In this document: positions 1-9,734 of the stretch, piece by piece | How the letters are laid out: every line of letters begins with the position of its first letter | How positions within the stretch are numbered: position 1 is the stretch's first letter | Assembly (NCBI GenBank): GCA_037441385.1 | Contig: JBBISH010000054.1 | Coordinates: 1 to 40,197, forward strand | Length of the DNA: 40,197 bases | From: Myxococcales bacterium | GTDB lineage: Bacteria > Myxococcota_A > UBA9042 | Direction: 5' to 3' | Notes under the pieces: model-generated | The model's input: the letters and a program-made list of their open reading frames with translations, nothing else | The model's database searches: none | What the model was told of the DNA's origin: nothing | Translations under genes and position numbers: made by a program

Positions 1-1
1 C

Positions 2-799
2 AGCGCGGTGTCGCGGGTCGTCAACGCCCGGCCCAGTGGCGGCAAGACTCGCGGCGTGGTGCACATCCACACGGTCTTGCTGGACGAGCACCGCGAGCGT
101 GTGGTGGACCTAGAGCGACTGGCGCTGGTGCGGCCGGGGCGCCTGACCGCGCGGCCGGGCTCGCCGCAGCTGCGCGCAGAGGACTTGGAGGGCAAGGCCT
201 GGATGGGACGGCTGCCCGGCGTGGACACCGCGACCAACCTGAGTCATGCGATTCCGTCGTCGCTGCGCTTCGATCCGCCGCTATTTGGGTGTTTTGAAGA
301 CCTGGCGCCAGGCAAAGTGTTTGCTCACGCGGTCGGCCGCACGATCGGCGAGTCCGAGCCGATGCAGTTGGCGACATTGCTGCGCAATACCCACCCCATG
401 CACGTCGACGAGTTGTATTGCCGCCGCGAAGGGCCCACGCCCACGCGAATGGTCTATGGCGGCTTGGTGATGGCCTGGGTGGTGACGCTGGCCTCGGTGG
501 ACCTGGGCGGTCACTTGCTGTGGGACGTGGTATGGAAAGAAGGCGCCCATCCCGGCTTTGTGACGGCCGGCGACACGCTGTACGCCGCGACCAAAGTGCT
601 AGAGGCCGAGCCCGTCAACGAGCGCGTGGGCGTGGTCAAAATGCGCCACGTGGGCCTGAAGAACGCCCGTCCTGCCGAACTCTTGGATGCCGGAGCCGAT
701 TTGTTTGGCGCCGAGCTGAGCAAACCCGCAGAAGCGCGGATTGCGGCCAAAGTGTTCGAAATTACCCGCACCATCTTGGTGCGCCGCTTTGGCAAGTAG
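2..799 (+). CDS. Double-hotdog MaoC-family hydratase, mesaconyl-CoA (2-methylfumaryl-CoA) hydratase-like; 5'-truncated by window edge
   Basis: Frame is open from base 2. End of first hotdog (RPSGGKTRGVVHIHT..LERLALV), then second MaoC unit FEDLAPGKVFAHAVGRT..NTHPMHVD..VYGG..AGDTLYA. Confidence 0.75.
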   Translation, partial: SAVSRVVNARPSGGKTRGVVHIHTVLLDEHRERVVDLERLALVRPGRLTARPGSPQLRAEDLEGKAWMGRLPGVDTATNLSHAIPSSLRFDPPLFGCFEDLAPGKVFAHAVGRTIGESEPMQLATLLRNTHPMHVDELYCRREGPTPTRMVYGGLVMAWVVTLASVDLGGHLLWDVVWKEGAHPGFVTAGDTLYAATKVLEAEPVNERVGVVKMRHVGLKNARPAELLDAGADLFGAELSKPAEARIAAKVFEITRTILVRRFGK

Positions 800-806
800 G
801 CTCACC

Positions 807-1358
807 GTGTCCAGCGAGTCCCCGTCCGCCGCGCCCGAAGCCAGTCCCGCCCCCGTCACACGCACCTGGAAGCAGAAACTTGGCGCCGAGTTGCGCAGTT
901 GGGCCGTGACCCTGCTAGTGGTGTGGACCGTCTGGATGGTGGTGCAGTCCCTGCGCGGCGGCGTCAAGGTGGTGGGCCCGGCGCCGGATTTCACTGCAAC
1001 GGCTCTAGACGGCCGCAGCGTCAAGCTATCTGAACTGCGCGGCAAGCCAGTGGTCCTCTACTTTTTTGCCTCGTGGTGTCCGGTGTGCAAGGTGGCCTCG
1101 CCGCTGGTGGATCGCTTTGCCGCCGGCCACCCCGACGTGACCGTCCTGGGCATCGCGGCCGAAGACGCCGAGGACGCGCGCGCCTATGCCAAGGATCATC
1201 CGCGCACGTTTGCGATTCTCCCCGAGACGCGGGCGATCGACGCCGCGTGGCAGGTGCGGGCGCTGCCAACCACCGTCGTCGTCGACGCGCAGGGCCAGGT
1301 GGTGTGGAGCCGCCAAGGGGCGTTGCTCCCCTTCGAGCTCGAGTGGCACACCCCGTGA
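807..1358 (+). CDS. Membrane-anchored TlpA/ResA-family thiol-disulfide oxidoreductase
   Basis: N-terminal TM helix, APDFTATALDG, FFASWCPVC (CxxC), cis-Pro loop ALPTTVVVD. Start placed at GTG 807, just after the upstream stop. Confidence 0.85.
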   Translation: MSSESPSAAPEASPAPVTRTWKQKLGAELRSWAVTLLVVWTVWMVVQSLRGGVKVVGPAPDFTATALDGRSVKLSELRGKPVVLYFFASWCPVCKVASPLVDRFAAGHPDVTVLGIAAEDAEDARAYAKDHPRTFAILPETRAIDAAWQVRALPTTVVVDAQGQVVWSRQGALLPFELEWHTP

Positions 1359-1432
1359 ACCAGTTCTTGGTGTAAGGTTTGCCAGGACCAATGTCGGTTG
1401 AAATTGCCGACCGGCAGCAAGCGGTTCCTTGG

Positions 1433-1948
1433 CTAGAGGCGCGGCAGCTCGCGGAAATCCCAACCGTTTTGGGCGCAGATCTCGCGCAGCAGCCCCTCGC
1501 AACCCGCCCAACACACCTCAAAAACGTGGTCGAAGCCGTGGGCGCCGCCGTAGTAGGGATCGGGCACGCTCGGATCGTCTGCGTTGGGATCGAAGGACCG
1601 CAACAGTGCAAGTTTGCTTCGGTCTTGCGGCTGCCGTACCAGCTCGACCATCGCGGCCAGGTTGTGCCGGTCCATGGCGAGGATGTGGTCGAAGCGGTCG
1701 AAATCGGCCACTTGGAACTGGCGCGCCGCGTGCTGCAAGGGTACGCCGCGGCGGGCACTGGTCGCGCGCGTCCGCGGATCGGGCGACTCGCCGGTGTGGT
1801 AGGCAGCCGTTCCGGCCGAGTCGATGCGCACCCGGTCTTGCAGGCGTAGCTCGCGCACCATGTGGCGGAAAATGCCCTCGGCCTGCGGGGACCGGCAGAT
1901 GTTGCCCAGACATACGAAGAGGACCGAGACAGACGGGGTGGCGGACAT
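1433..1948 (-). CDS. Low-molecular-weight protein-tyrosine phosphatase
   Basis: P-loop VCLGNICRS, DSAGT, DPYYG general-acid loop. Confidence 0.95.
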   Translation of the reverse strand: MSATPSVSVLFVCLGNICRSPQAEGIFRHMVRELRLQDRVRIDSAGTAAYHTGESPDPRTRATSARRGVPLQHAARQFQVADFDRFDHILAMDRHNLAAMVELVRQPQDRSKLALLRSFDPNADDPSVPDPYYGGAHGFDHVFEVCWAGCEGLLREICAQNGWDFRELPRL

Positions 1949-1987
1949 GGGGCTCGCGGGGTTCGGGGTGGCTCGCCGGGACGAGGA

Positions 1988-2332
1988 TCAGGCGTCGATC
2001 AGATCGTTCAGGGTGTTCTGCATCAGCGCCAACCCCACGATTCCGTACGAAAAGAACGCCAGGATCAGGCAGAGCACCGGGAAGTTGGTGTCCACGCGCT
2101 TGCCGCGCTTTTCGGCCAGGTCGTTCAGCAGCTGCGCCCAGCGGTAGCTGACCACAAAGTACCAGAGGCCACAGGTGATGATCGTAAGCAGCAAGTCGGT
2201 GGTGGGTTTGGGCTGATCGTCGCCGCGCAGCGCGGCAATGTCGTTGCCCATCTGGAACATCCAAAACAGGCTGTAGATACCGCACGTCACCACGGTCAGG
2301 ACGATGGCGGTGACCAGATCGCGTCGTTGCAT
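1988..2332 (-). CDS. Small membrane protein, DUF4234-like
   Basis: Two repeats of LT(V/I)(V/I)TCG(I/L)(Y/W) helices and C-terminal Q..LN; GGAGG upstream of ATG 2332. The ORF-track N-terminal extension overlaps the next gene and is discarded. Confidence 0.75.
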   Translation of the reverse strand: MQRRDLVTAIVLTVVTCGIYSLFWMFQMGNDIAALRGDDQPKPTTDLLLTIITCGLWYFVVSYRWAQLLNDLAEKRGKRVDTNFPVLCLILAFFSYGIVGLALMQNTLNDLIDA

Positions 2333-2467
2333 AGAACCCTCCGTGCCCGCAAGGTGGCATGAGGCCTGCTCTCCCGTCAACCTCCGAGCCCAGGCCATCG
2401 GCGCTCGACCCGGAGGCCCCGAATGTGCCAAAGTGCGGTCAGCGCAGTCCGACCTGCCGAGGATCCG

Positions 2468-3436
2468 ATGTCTGTCTCGCCCCACCCGCCGCGGGTCACC
2501 TTGCTGGGCCCCCAGCGCCACGCCATCACCGTCACCGAAGAGCTGGACGCTACTGGGCTTCTGGGCCGCATCGCCGTCATCACCGCCGGCTGGCAAGAGC
2601 GCGAAGCCGAGGACGACGAACTGCAAGACGCGGTAGGTCGGCGCGCCGTCAATTTGCGCCTGCACCAGCGCGTCGACCGCGTCTTTGCGCAAGATTCCGA
2701 ACTCTTTGCCGCCCATCGCAAGCGCCAGGATCGCTTGCGCCATCTGCAGGACCTGTATCGCCTGCGACTGGATGCCTACCTCGGCGCGGCGCAAGCGCTG
2801 TATCACCGCGAGGATGCCCACACCGACCTGCTGACGGCCGAACGTGCCGGCTCGGTGCGGGCGCTGCAAGAGCTGGACGAGCACCACGTGCGGCAGATTC
2901 GGGCCATCCACAAGGAATTCGAGGTGCAGGTCCAGCCCGGATCGCGCGGTCCGCTGCGGCGCGAGCGCGAAGACGTCCTTGATATTTTACATGGTTGCGA
3001 GCTCGTCGCCATCGCGGGCGGCCACGTAGCGACCCTGCTCGCGCGCATCCGCTTGATGGGTCTGGCGGATCAGCTGGGGCAGCGGCCGATCCTGGCCTGG
3101 TCGGCAGGTGCCATGGTGCTCAGCGATCGCTTGGTGCTTTTCCACGACAACCCGCCCGAAGGCCCAGGCAACGCCGAAGTGCTCGATGTCGGTCTGGGTC
3201 TGGCGCCGGGAGTCGTTCCGCTGCCGCACGCCAGCAAGCGCCTGCGTCTGCAGGACGGCCCGCGCATGGCCTGTTTTGCCCAGCGCTTTGCGCCGGCGAT
3301 GTGCCTGGTTCTCGATCCCTACAGCCGCGCGCGCTGGGACGGCGCTGCATGGCACCTGCACGACGGCACGTTCTGCCTAGACGCAACCGGGCAATTGGCG
3401 TCGCAGGACCTGGCGACTTCCGGCAGTATTGCCTGA
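2468..3436 (+). CDS. Peptidase S51 (dipeptidase E/cyanophycinase-like) class I glutamine-amidotransferase-fold protein
   Basis: IAVITAGW, IAGGH, nucleophile elbow AWSAGAM, GLGL..VPLPH His motif; helical insertion in the N-terminal half. Start ATG 2468 chosen; uncertain. Confidence 0.7.
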   Translation: MSVSPHPPRVTLLGPQRHAITVTEELDATGLLGRIAVITAGWQEREAEDDELQDAVGRRAVNLRLHQRVDRVFAQDSELFAAHRKRQDRLRHLQDLYRLRLDAYLGAAQALYHREDAHTDLLTAERAGSVRALQELDEHHVRQIRAIHKEFEVQVQPGSRGPLRREREDVLDILHGCELVAIAGGHVATLLARIRLMGLADQLGQRPILAWSAGAMVLSDRLVLFHDNPPEGPGNAEVLDVGLGLAPGVVPLPHASKRLRLQDGPRMACFAQRFAPAMCLVLDPYSRARWDGAAWHLHDGTFCLDATGQLASQDLATSGSIA

Positions 3437-3492
3437 TATTATTCGGCATTTTGGCGCACCGCCGTCGACCCGCCGCGCCCGCAAGGAGCCCC

Positions 3493-5934
3493 ATGCAGCC
3501 TGCCCAATGGATGACCGTAGTTCGGGGCCTGCGCACCGCACTTTGGCTGGGCGTCGCCTTGGCCGTGGGGTGCAGCGACCCCGCTAGTACCCCGGCCACG
3601 ACCAGCGACGCCACCGCCAGCGCCGACAGCGCCCAACTCACCGACAGCGCTGGCTCCGACGCCCAGGCCGAAAACTGCAGCGCCGGACCGGACATCACGG
3701 CCCCCAAAGACTGGGGCAAGGCGCCCAACCTGCCCAAAGCCACGGCATGCAATTCGGGCTTGGGCTGGATCCCCAGCAAGATGCCAGCGCTCGCCTACGA
3801 CGATGGCGAGGCCAAGTCGTCGCTGCCCAAGCAAAATTGGCACGTCGCCGGCACCTACACCATGAACGACCACCCCACGTGGGAGGCGGTGCGCTTCGAC
3901 GTAGAAAAACCCAGCCGAGTCTGGGGCTTCTCGATCCAATGGGCCGTGACCCCCACCGACGACAGCGCGCAAGCGGCGGCCGAGCTGGTGGCGGGCCTGT
4001 ATCCCGACTTCTCGGACAACGGTTTCGATTTCTACCGCTGGAGCCCGCTGTGGCAAGGCAGTCGCTGCCAGGGCGACGTGAGCAAAGATCCGCTGCCCAG
4101 CGCCCACGGCCAAGGCTGGTTGGACTACGCCCTGCCCCAGCCGCTGCTGATTGACCAGCCCAAGTCGCTCTACGTCGCGCATCTGCGCAAAACGGGCGCC
4201 GATCCGGCATTTGCCATGGACGGCACGCCCCCCGACAACTGCGCGGATCCGCAAAACTGCTGCAACACGTTCACGGCGTGCCACTCGGCCTGGAACCTAC
4301 CAGAACTCCTCAATTTCAACGTGGGTTCTACCGCATACTACAACTGGAATGGCCTGAGCTCTAGCTTGGACCACGACTTCTTGGTGCGCCTGTGGGTCGA
4401 AGAAATTCCGGCGGATACCACCAAGGTTTTCAAGCCGATCAGTGGCGTCGAGGTGAGCGGACGCCAAAGCTTTGGCGACTTTGACGGCGATGGCGACGAC
4501 GACCTGTTCTTGGGGGGCCCCAAGCTGTTCCGCAACGACGGCGGCAAATTCACCGACATCACCACCAGTTCGGGCCTGAGCGGCGGCTGCTCGGGCGGCG
4601 TGTGGGGCGACTACGACAACGACGGCTGCGCGGATTTGTTCTGCTATGTCGAGGACTTCAGCACGGAAGACAGCCTGTGGCGCGGCGACTGCAAGGGCAA
4701 GTTCAGCAACGCGACCAAGGACTCGGGCATTAGCGGCCAGCAGAGCTACAACACCTGCAACGGCAAGGGGAATCACGCCCCCAGCGCCGGTGCCGGCTGG
4801 GCCGATCTCGATGGCGACGGGCTTCTGGACTTGTACATTTCCCGGTTCCAGTGCTGGGACGACTACACCCCCTACGCCGACACCGTGTTCCACAACCTGG
4901 GCGGCGGCAAGTTCGAGAACTGGACGGGCACAAAGGGTTTCTTGGGCGAGAAAGACACCAAGACCCCCAGCCGCGGGGTCGTGCCAGTGGACGCCGACCA
5001 AGACGGCGATATGGACGTTTTTGTCAACAATTACGTGTTGATTCGCAACCTCTACTACCGCAACGACGGCGACACTTTTGTGGAAGAGGGGCAAAAGAAC
5101 GGCCTAGCAGGGCTCAAGACCCTTTGGAGCAGCAAGACCTACTACGGCCACAGCATTGGCGCCGTATTTGGCGACCTGAACGGCGACGGACTGTTGGACG
5201 CGGTCGTGGCCAACCTGGCGCACCCGCGCTTCTTCATCTTCAGCAACAAGACTCAGGTCTTGCTGCAAGACAGCCCCGGTCACTGGGCCGACATCAACGG
5301 CCCCTGGACCGAGAACGGCAAAAGCACGCAACCGCTGCGCCAAGAGGGCGCGGCCGGCTTGCGCTACCAAGAGACCCACAGCGTCCCAGCCCTGGGCGAT
5401 TTTGACCACGACGGCGTGCTGGATCTGGCCATCAGCGCCGTATACGACGGCCGCCCCACGGACTTCTATTGGGGCAATGGCGACGGAACGTTCCACATCG
5501 ACCGCGCCCGCGCGGGCATCAGCAGCCGCAATGGTTGGGGATTGGCCGTGGCCGACGTGGACAACGACGGCGACTTGGACCTGGCGGCACAGGGCGAGCT
5601 ACTCCGCAACGTCTTGCCTTGCAAGGGTAATTGGCTTCAGGTGCGCCTGATCGGCGACGCCGGCAGCAACCGCATGGGCCTGGGCGCCACGGTCAAAGTC
5701 GTCGCGGGCGAGAAGAGCTGGCTGCGCTACGTCTCGGGCGGCAACGGCCAAGGCGGCCAGGACAGCGCGACGCTGCATTTTGGCTTGGCCCAGACGGCCA
5801 AAGTCGATCACATCGAAGTCCGCTGGATTGGTGGCGAAGTGGTGACGTACACGGGCCCGTTTGCCAGCAACCAGCGGCTGTGGCTGCAACAGTCGGGCAA
5901 GGTGACGCCCGGCTGGGGGCCGCCGGCCAAGTAG
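3493..5934 (+). CDS. Lipoprotein with FG-GAP/VCBS repeats and C-terminal ASPIC/UnbV domain (CRTAC1-like)
   Basis: AAGGAG before ATG 3493; lipobox LAVGC; seven DxDxDGxxD repeats; ASPIC signature NWLQVRL..SNRMGLGATV..GQDSATLHFGL..IEVRW. Confidence 0.9.
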   Translation: MQPAQWMTVVRGLRTALWLGVALAVGCSDPASTPATTSDATASADSAQLTDSAGSDAQAENCSAGPDITAPKDWGKAPNLPKATACNSGLGWIPSKMPALAYDDGEAKSSLPKQNWHVAGTYTMNDHPTWEAVRFDVEKPSRVWGFSIQWAVTPTDDSAQAAAELVAGLYPDFSDNGFDFYRWSPLWQGSRCQGDVSKDPLPSAHGQGWLDYALPQPLLIDQPKSLYVAHLRKTGADPAFAMDGTPPDNCADPQNCCNTFTACHSAWNLPELLNFNVGSTAYYNWNGLSSSLDHDFLVRLWVEEIPADTTKVFKPISGVEVSGRQSFGDFDGDGDDDLFLGGPKLFRNDGGKFTDITTSSGLSGGCSGGVWGDYDNDGCADLFCYVEDFSTEDSLWRGDCKGKFSNATKDSGISGQQSYNTCNGKGNHAPSAGAGWADLDGDGLLDLYISRFQCWDDYTPYADTVFHNLGGGKFENWTGTKGFLGEKDTKTPSRGVVPVDADQDGDMDVFVNNYVLIRNLYYRNDGDTFVEEGQKNGLAGLKTLWSSKTYYGHSIGAVFGDLNGDGLLDAVVANLAHPRFFIFSNKTQVLLQDSPGHWADINGPWTENGKSTQPLRQEGAAGLRYQETHSVPALGDFDHDGVLDLAISAVYDGRPTDFYWGNGDGTFHIDRARAGISSRNGWGLAVADVDNDGDLDLAAQGELLRNVLPCKGNWLQVRLIGDAGSNRMGLGATVKVVAGEKSWLRYVSGGNGQGGQDSATLHFGLAQTAKVDHIEVRWIGGEVVTYTGPFASNQRLWLQQSGKVTPGWGPPAK

Positions 5935-5952
5935 CGTGGGGGCGCGGAGGAA

Positions 5953-6927
5953 GTGATGATGCACCGGGTGATCCCTTGGATAATGGCGGCCTGGCTGGCC
6001 GGTTGCGGCAGCGACCACACGGTTCAAATCGTGACGCACACGGTGCTGGATCCCAGCGGCTGCACCTGGCAACTGCCGGTTACTACGGGCCATATCTCGG
6101 ATGCAGACCTGACCGAACTCAGCGGCATGGCGCGCTCGCGGCGATTCCCCGATCGATACTACGTGCACAACGACTCGGGCAATCCGCCCGACGTCTTCGC
6201 CATCGACAGCGCGGGCAAGGTCTACGCCACGTTCCACTTGACGGGGACCAGCAACATCGACTGGGAAGACATTGCGGTGGGCCCGTGCGAGCCGCCCATG
6301 CCCGACGCGCCGACGCCCAGCGACTGCGTGTGGGTCGGGGACATCGGCGATAACCTCAATGAACGTAAGGACGTGCACCTTGTCCGCTGGTCCGAGCCCG
6401 CCGGACTGCCAGCCGCAGCCACCAACGTGAGCGTGTCCGTGGCCAAAAAAGATTGGCAAGAGCTCACGTTCCACTACCCAGATGGCCCGCAAAACGCCGA
6501 GGCGCTGGCGGTGCTGCCCGACGGGCGGCTGGTGGTGCTGACCAAGCGCACCGACGGCACCTCCAAGGTCTTTCGCATCACGCCGCACTGGCCGCAAGTC
6601 GACGACAAGCCGGCCAAAGTCGAGAGCTTGGGCACGCTCGAGCTGGCAGCGGGTGGGGTGACCGAGGGCAGCGAGCTCAAGCTGACGGCCGCGGACCTGA
6701 CGCCAGACGGCAGCAGCCTGATCGTGCGCACCTACGGGAGTCTGCAGCTGTTTCGCGGGGCAGAGGTGCTTGCCGGCCCACCGGCCAATCTAGCTGGTTG
6801 GAAAGCCCTGGTCTTGCCCTCGCCGGCAGAAAGTCAAGGCGAAGCCGTGACCTGGGACGCCGACGGCACCATCCTGACCGCGAGCGAAGGCAAGGATCCC
6901 GCGGTGTTCCGGGTCAAGTGCCAGTAG
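5953..6927 (+). CDS. Lipoprotein, phytase-like/SdiA-regulated-type beta-propeller
   Basis: GGAGGA RBS; lipobox LAGC; ELSGM, HNDSG, DWEDIA, GDIGDN, NAEAL, QGEAV motifs. Confidence 0.7.
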   Translation: MMMHRVIPWIMAAWLAGCGSDHTVQIVTHTVLDPSGCTWQLPVTTGHISDADLTELSGMARSRRFPDRYYVHNDSGNPPDVFAIDSAGKVYATFHLTGTSNIDWEDIAVGPCEPPMPDAPTPSDCVWVGDIGDNLNERKDVHLVRWSEPAGLPAAATNVSVSVAKKDWQELTFHYPDGPQNAEALAVLPDGRLVVLTKRTDGTSKVFRITPHWPQVDDKPAKVESLGTLELAAGGVTEGSELKLTAADLTPDGSSLIVRTYGSLQLFRGAEVLAGPPANLAGWKALVLPSPAESQGEAVTWDADGTILTASEGKDPAVFRVKCQ

Positions 6928-6987
6928 GCGAGCCGCCGCCTGGTACACAGGCGCTGGCAACCCATAAAGAACTTGAGTTTTGGTGTA

Positions 6988-8001
6988 CTAGGCCAAGCGA
7001 GCACTCAGGAACTGGCCGGCCCGCTGCAGCGCCTGATCGGCCTCTGGCGCCAGGCCAACAAAGGCCGGATAGACGTGGACCATGTCCGCGCCGGTGATCA
7101 GCTCCACCTCCACGCCAAGCTCGCGGGCCCGCTGGGCATAGGCCACCACTTGATCGTGCAGGACTTCGCGCTCGCCCACGTGAATGAGCAGGGGCGGCAA
7201 GCCAGCCAGGTCGCCGTGGATCGGCGATGCCAGCGGCTGCAGGGGGTCGGCATCGCCCAGGTACGCCGGCACGAACTGTTCCAAGTGCCCCGCCATCGGC
7301 GAAAGGTAGTCGTAGGCAAGGTTGCGCTGCCACGAAGGCCGCTGGTCGGTCAGGTCGACCGCAGGCGACAGCAGCCAGGCAGCCGCCGGCAACGGGTCGC
7401 CGCGCCCTTTGAGCGCGAGCAAGGTCGCCGCGGCCAGCCCACCGCCCGCCGAATCGCCAGCAATCGCCATACTTTGCGCAGCCTCCCCTTGCTCCAGGAG
7501 CGCTCGCCAGACCGCCACACAGTCGTCTAGACCAGCCGGAAAGCGGTGCTCCGGCGCCAGTCGGTAGTCCAGCCCCACCACTCGCGCCTGCGCCGCATGG
7601 GCCAAGCGCACCATCAGCGCGCGGTGCGTGCCAATCGAACCGGTGACAAACGCGCCGCCGTGCAGGTACAAAACGCAGCGCTTGGGCGAGGTTCCGCGGG
7701 GCCACAGCCACTCGATGGGCCGACCGGCCAGGCTACCGCTGCGACGTTCGGTGGTGTGGCGCAAACGGCGTGGCAGGCCCGGCGACGGCAGGTTGAGCTT
7801 TGCGCCGGTGAGTAGGGGCCCGATCATCAGGCCCACCATGTAGCGCACGACCGCGACGGCGACAGCAAAGGGCAGGGACCAGCTCCGCGGCCACACCCCG
7901 CGCCAACGATTCGCCAGCGCCCCTGCGACGAGCAGCGGGAGCGCGAGCGCGAGGCGCAGCAGCAGCCACGCCCCCAGGAATCGATGCGCGCGGGCGGCCA
8001 C
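6988..8001 (-). CDS. Alpha/beta hydrolase, hormone-sensitive-lipase (family IV) esterase with N-terminal membrane anchor
   Basis: HGGAF oxyanion loop, DYRLAPEH, GDSAGG nucleophile, E..D and MVH triad region; start abuts the upstream stop. Confidence 0.9.
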   Translation of the reverse strand: MAARAHRFLGAWLLLRLALALPLLVAGALANRWRGVWPRSWSLPFAVAVAVVRYMVGLMIGPLLTGAKLNLPSPGLPRRLRHTTERRSGSLAGRPIEWLWPRGTSPKRCVLYLHGGAFVTGSIGTHRALMVRLAHAAQARVVGLDYRLAPEHRFPAGLDDCVAVWRALLEQGEAAQSMAIAGDSAGGGLAAATLLALKGRGDPLPAAAWLLSPAVDLTDQRPSWQRNLAYDYLSPMAGHLEQFVPAYLGDADPLQPLASPIHGDLAGLPPLLIHVGEREVLHDQVVAYAQRARELGVEVELITGADMVHVYPAFVGLAPEADQALQRAGQFLSARLA

Positions 8002-9654
8002 CTACGGGGTGATGACGATCTTGGTCTTGGTGGGATTGAAGGCGTTGTCCAGCTCGCCGTCGACCACGCGCATCGGATCGCCACCCCAGCTGTAACCATA
8101 GGGGATTTCAGCCGACTTCAGCAGCTCCTTGTAGCTGTGCTGCTTGCCGTCCAACAGGGTGCCGATGAACTTGCCCAGCGCGCCGCCCGAGCCGGTGGTC
8201 CAGGTCTCCATGCCGTTGGTGATGAGCTCCAGGTTGGCGGTGCCGCCCTTCTTGAGCGGGAAGTAGTCTTTCTCGTAGTAGTTGTACGACACGCAGCTGT
8301 CGATGAAGAACAGCTGGTAGCTGGTGGGGAAGTCCGCGGCCGTGAAGTTGCTGGGATCCAGCGGGCCGTAGCCGATGTAGCTGTGGCCGTTGTAGATGAA
8401 GACGTCGCTGTTCTTGATGGCGCGCTTGTGCGGGCCCGAGCCGCCGCCCGAGCCAAAGTAGCTCTCGATGGCGACGGTGACCTTGGAGGCCGCCGCGCTG
8501 CCGATCTTGACAGAGACGGGCAGCTCGAACGTCATCCAATTGGCCAGGATCTTGTCGCCCACGGCGGTGCGGAGCTGCTTCTTTTGGTCGGTGGTGGTGA
8601 TGCCGGCCGGCCAGCCGCTGCCGTCCAGCTCCCACTTCATCAGGTCCTCGAACTTGGCGCCGCTGACCTTGACGCTGCCGATGGTGTAGCTGCCAAAGTC
8701 GACGCCGTTTTCGTTCTTGGCCAGGACCCAACCGGGGCGCGCCTTGTAGACCTCGCGCATCATCTTGAACCACTCGGTGTAGCCCTCGTCGTCGATGGTG
8801 CTGGGCTTGGGGCCATTGCCTTCCCATTCGGCCAGCAGGCCGCCCACCACGCCGATGGTCAGGCGCCCCTTCTTGATGCCGCCGGTCCACAGCTTGTCGT
8901 ACTCGGGGTACGAATTGTTGGCATTGGTCTTGTTGCCCACCAGCGCGACCGTGATCGGCAGGTACAGGCGGGCCGTTTCGCTGAGCGGCACCTGGGTCTT
9001 GGGGTCCTTGAGCTTGGCGCGGTCGGCGTCGATGGCCTTTTGCTCCTTGGCGATCGCTGCCTTGCACCCGCTAAGCGACGGGTTGAACACGTACCAGATC
9101 GACGACTGGAAGTCCTGCGCTTCCTTGTCGTTGTCGGTGCATTCCAACAGGATCTTCTGGGTTTGCGCGTTGTAGTTGCCGCTCAGCAGCGCCAGCGACA
9201 GGCTGGACCGCGTGGCAAAGGACTTGGGCACCACCGCCGTGTCCTTGTAGGTGTATTCTACGCGCAGCATCTTCTTGGGCGCCGCGGTGGGTTGCGCGGC
9301 GTCGATCGCGTCGACCGGCGTCTTGACGAACAGCTTGGGGTCGGCCACGCCCAGTTCGCGCTGGTTGGGCATGATGGTGGCCGTGCGCAAAGCACCAAAG
9401 CCCGACTGAGTCTGCTTCTTGATGGCGGCCGCGATCGTCGAAGCGCTGGCCGTGGCATCGACGAAAACCACGCCCTTGAAGGTCATGTCGCGGGCCAGAG
9501 CCGTGTTGCTGGTCAAGTCGTCCGCGGACTCGCCCACGTCGCCGGGCTCAGTGGCGCAGCCGCCCAGCAGGGCCGCAGTGCACAGGCTGGCGAGCAGGCC
9601 GGCCGTGGCGGCGCCGCGCGGTGGGTTGACTGAGTAGTTCTGGACTTGACGCAT
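8002..9654 (-). CDS. Lipoprotein of unknown function with C-terminal clan-CD-like (caspase/gingipain-type) His-Cys motifs
   Basis: GGGAGGA RBS; lipobox LGGC; strong GC3 codon bias; VFIYNGHS and LFFIDSC strands. Confidence 0.8.
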   Translation of the reverse strand: MRQVQNYSVNPPRGAATAGLLASLCTAALLGGCATEPGDVGESADDLTSNTALARDMTFKGVVFVDATASASTIAAAIKKQTQSGFGALRTATIMPNQRELGVADPKLFVKTPVDAIDAAQPTAAPKKMLRVEYTYKDTAVVPKSFATRSSLSLALLSGNYNAQTQKILLECTDNDKEAQDFQSSIWYVFNPSLSGCKAAIAKEQKAIDADRAKLKDPKTQVPLSETARLYLPITVALVGNKTNANNSYPEYDKLWTGGIKKGRLTIGVVGGLLAEWEGNGPKPSTIDDEGYTEWFKMMREVYKARPGWVLAKNENGVDFGSYTIGSVKVSGAKFEDLMKWELDGSGWPAGITTTDQKKQLRTAVGDKILANWMTFELPVSVKIGSAAASKVTVAIESYFGSGGGSGPHKRAIKNSDVFIYNGHSYIGYGPLDPSNFTAADFPTSYQLFFIDSCVSYNYYEKDYFPLKKGGTANLELITNGMETWTTGSGGALGKFIGTLLDGKQHSYKELLKSAEIPYGYSWGGDPMRVVDGELDNAFNPTKTKIVITP

Positions 9655-9686
9655 CGCTTCCTCCCAGGGGTCCGTATTTGCGCAAC

Positions 9687-9715
9687 AGGATCGCGCTGAA
9701 CGTCGCGGGAGTCAA
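9687..9715 (-). promoter_or_regulatory. Candidate sigma70-type promoter for the 8002-9654 lipoprotein gene
   Basis: Minus strand reads TTGACT-N17-GATCCT, ending about 30 nt before the ATG. Confidence 0.45.
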
Positions 9716-9734
9716 GCGAAAAGCGCCCGCACCG

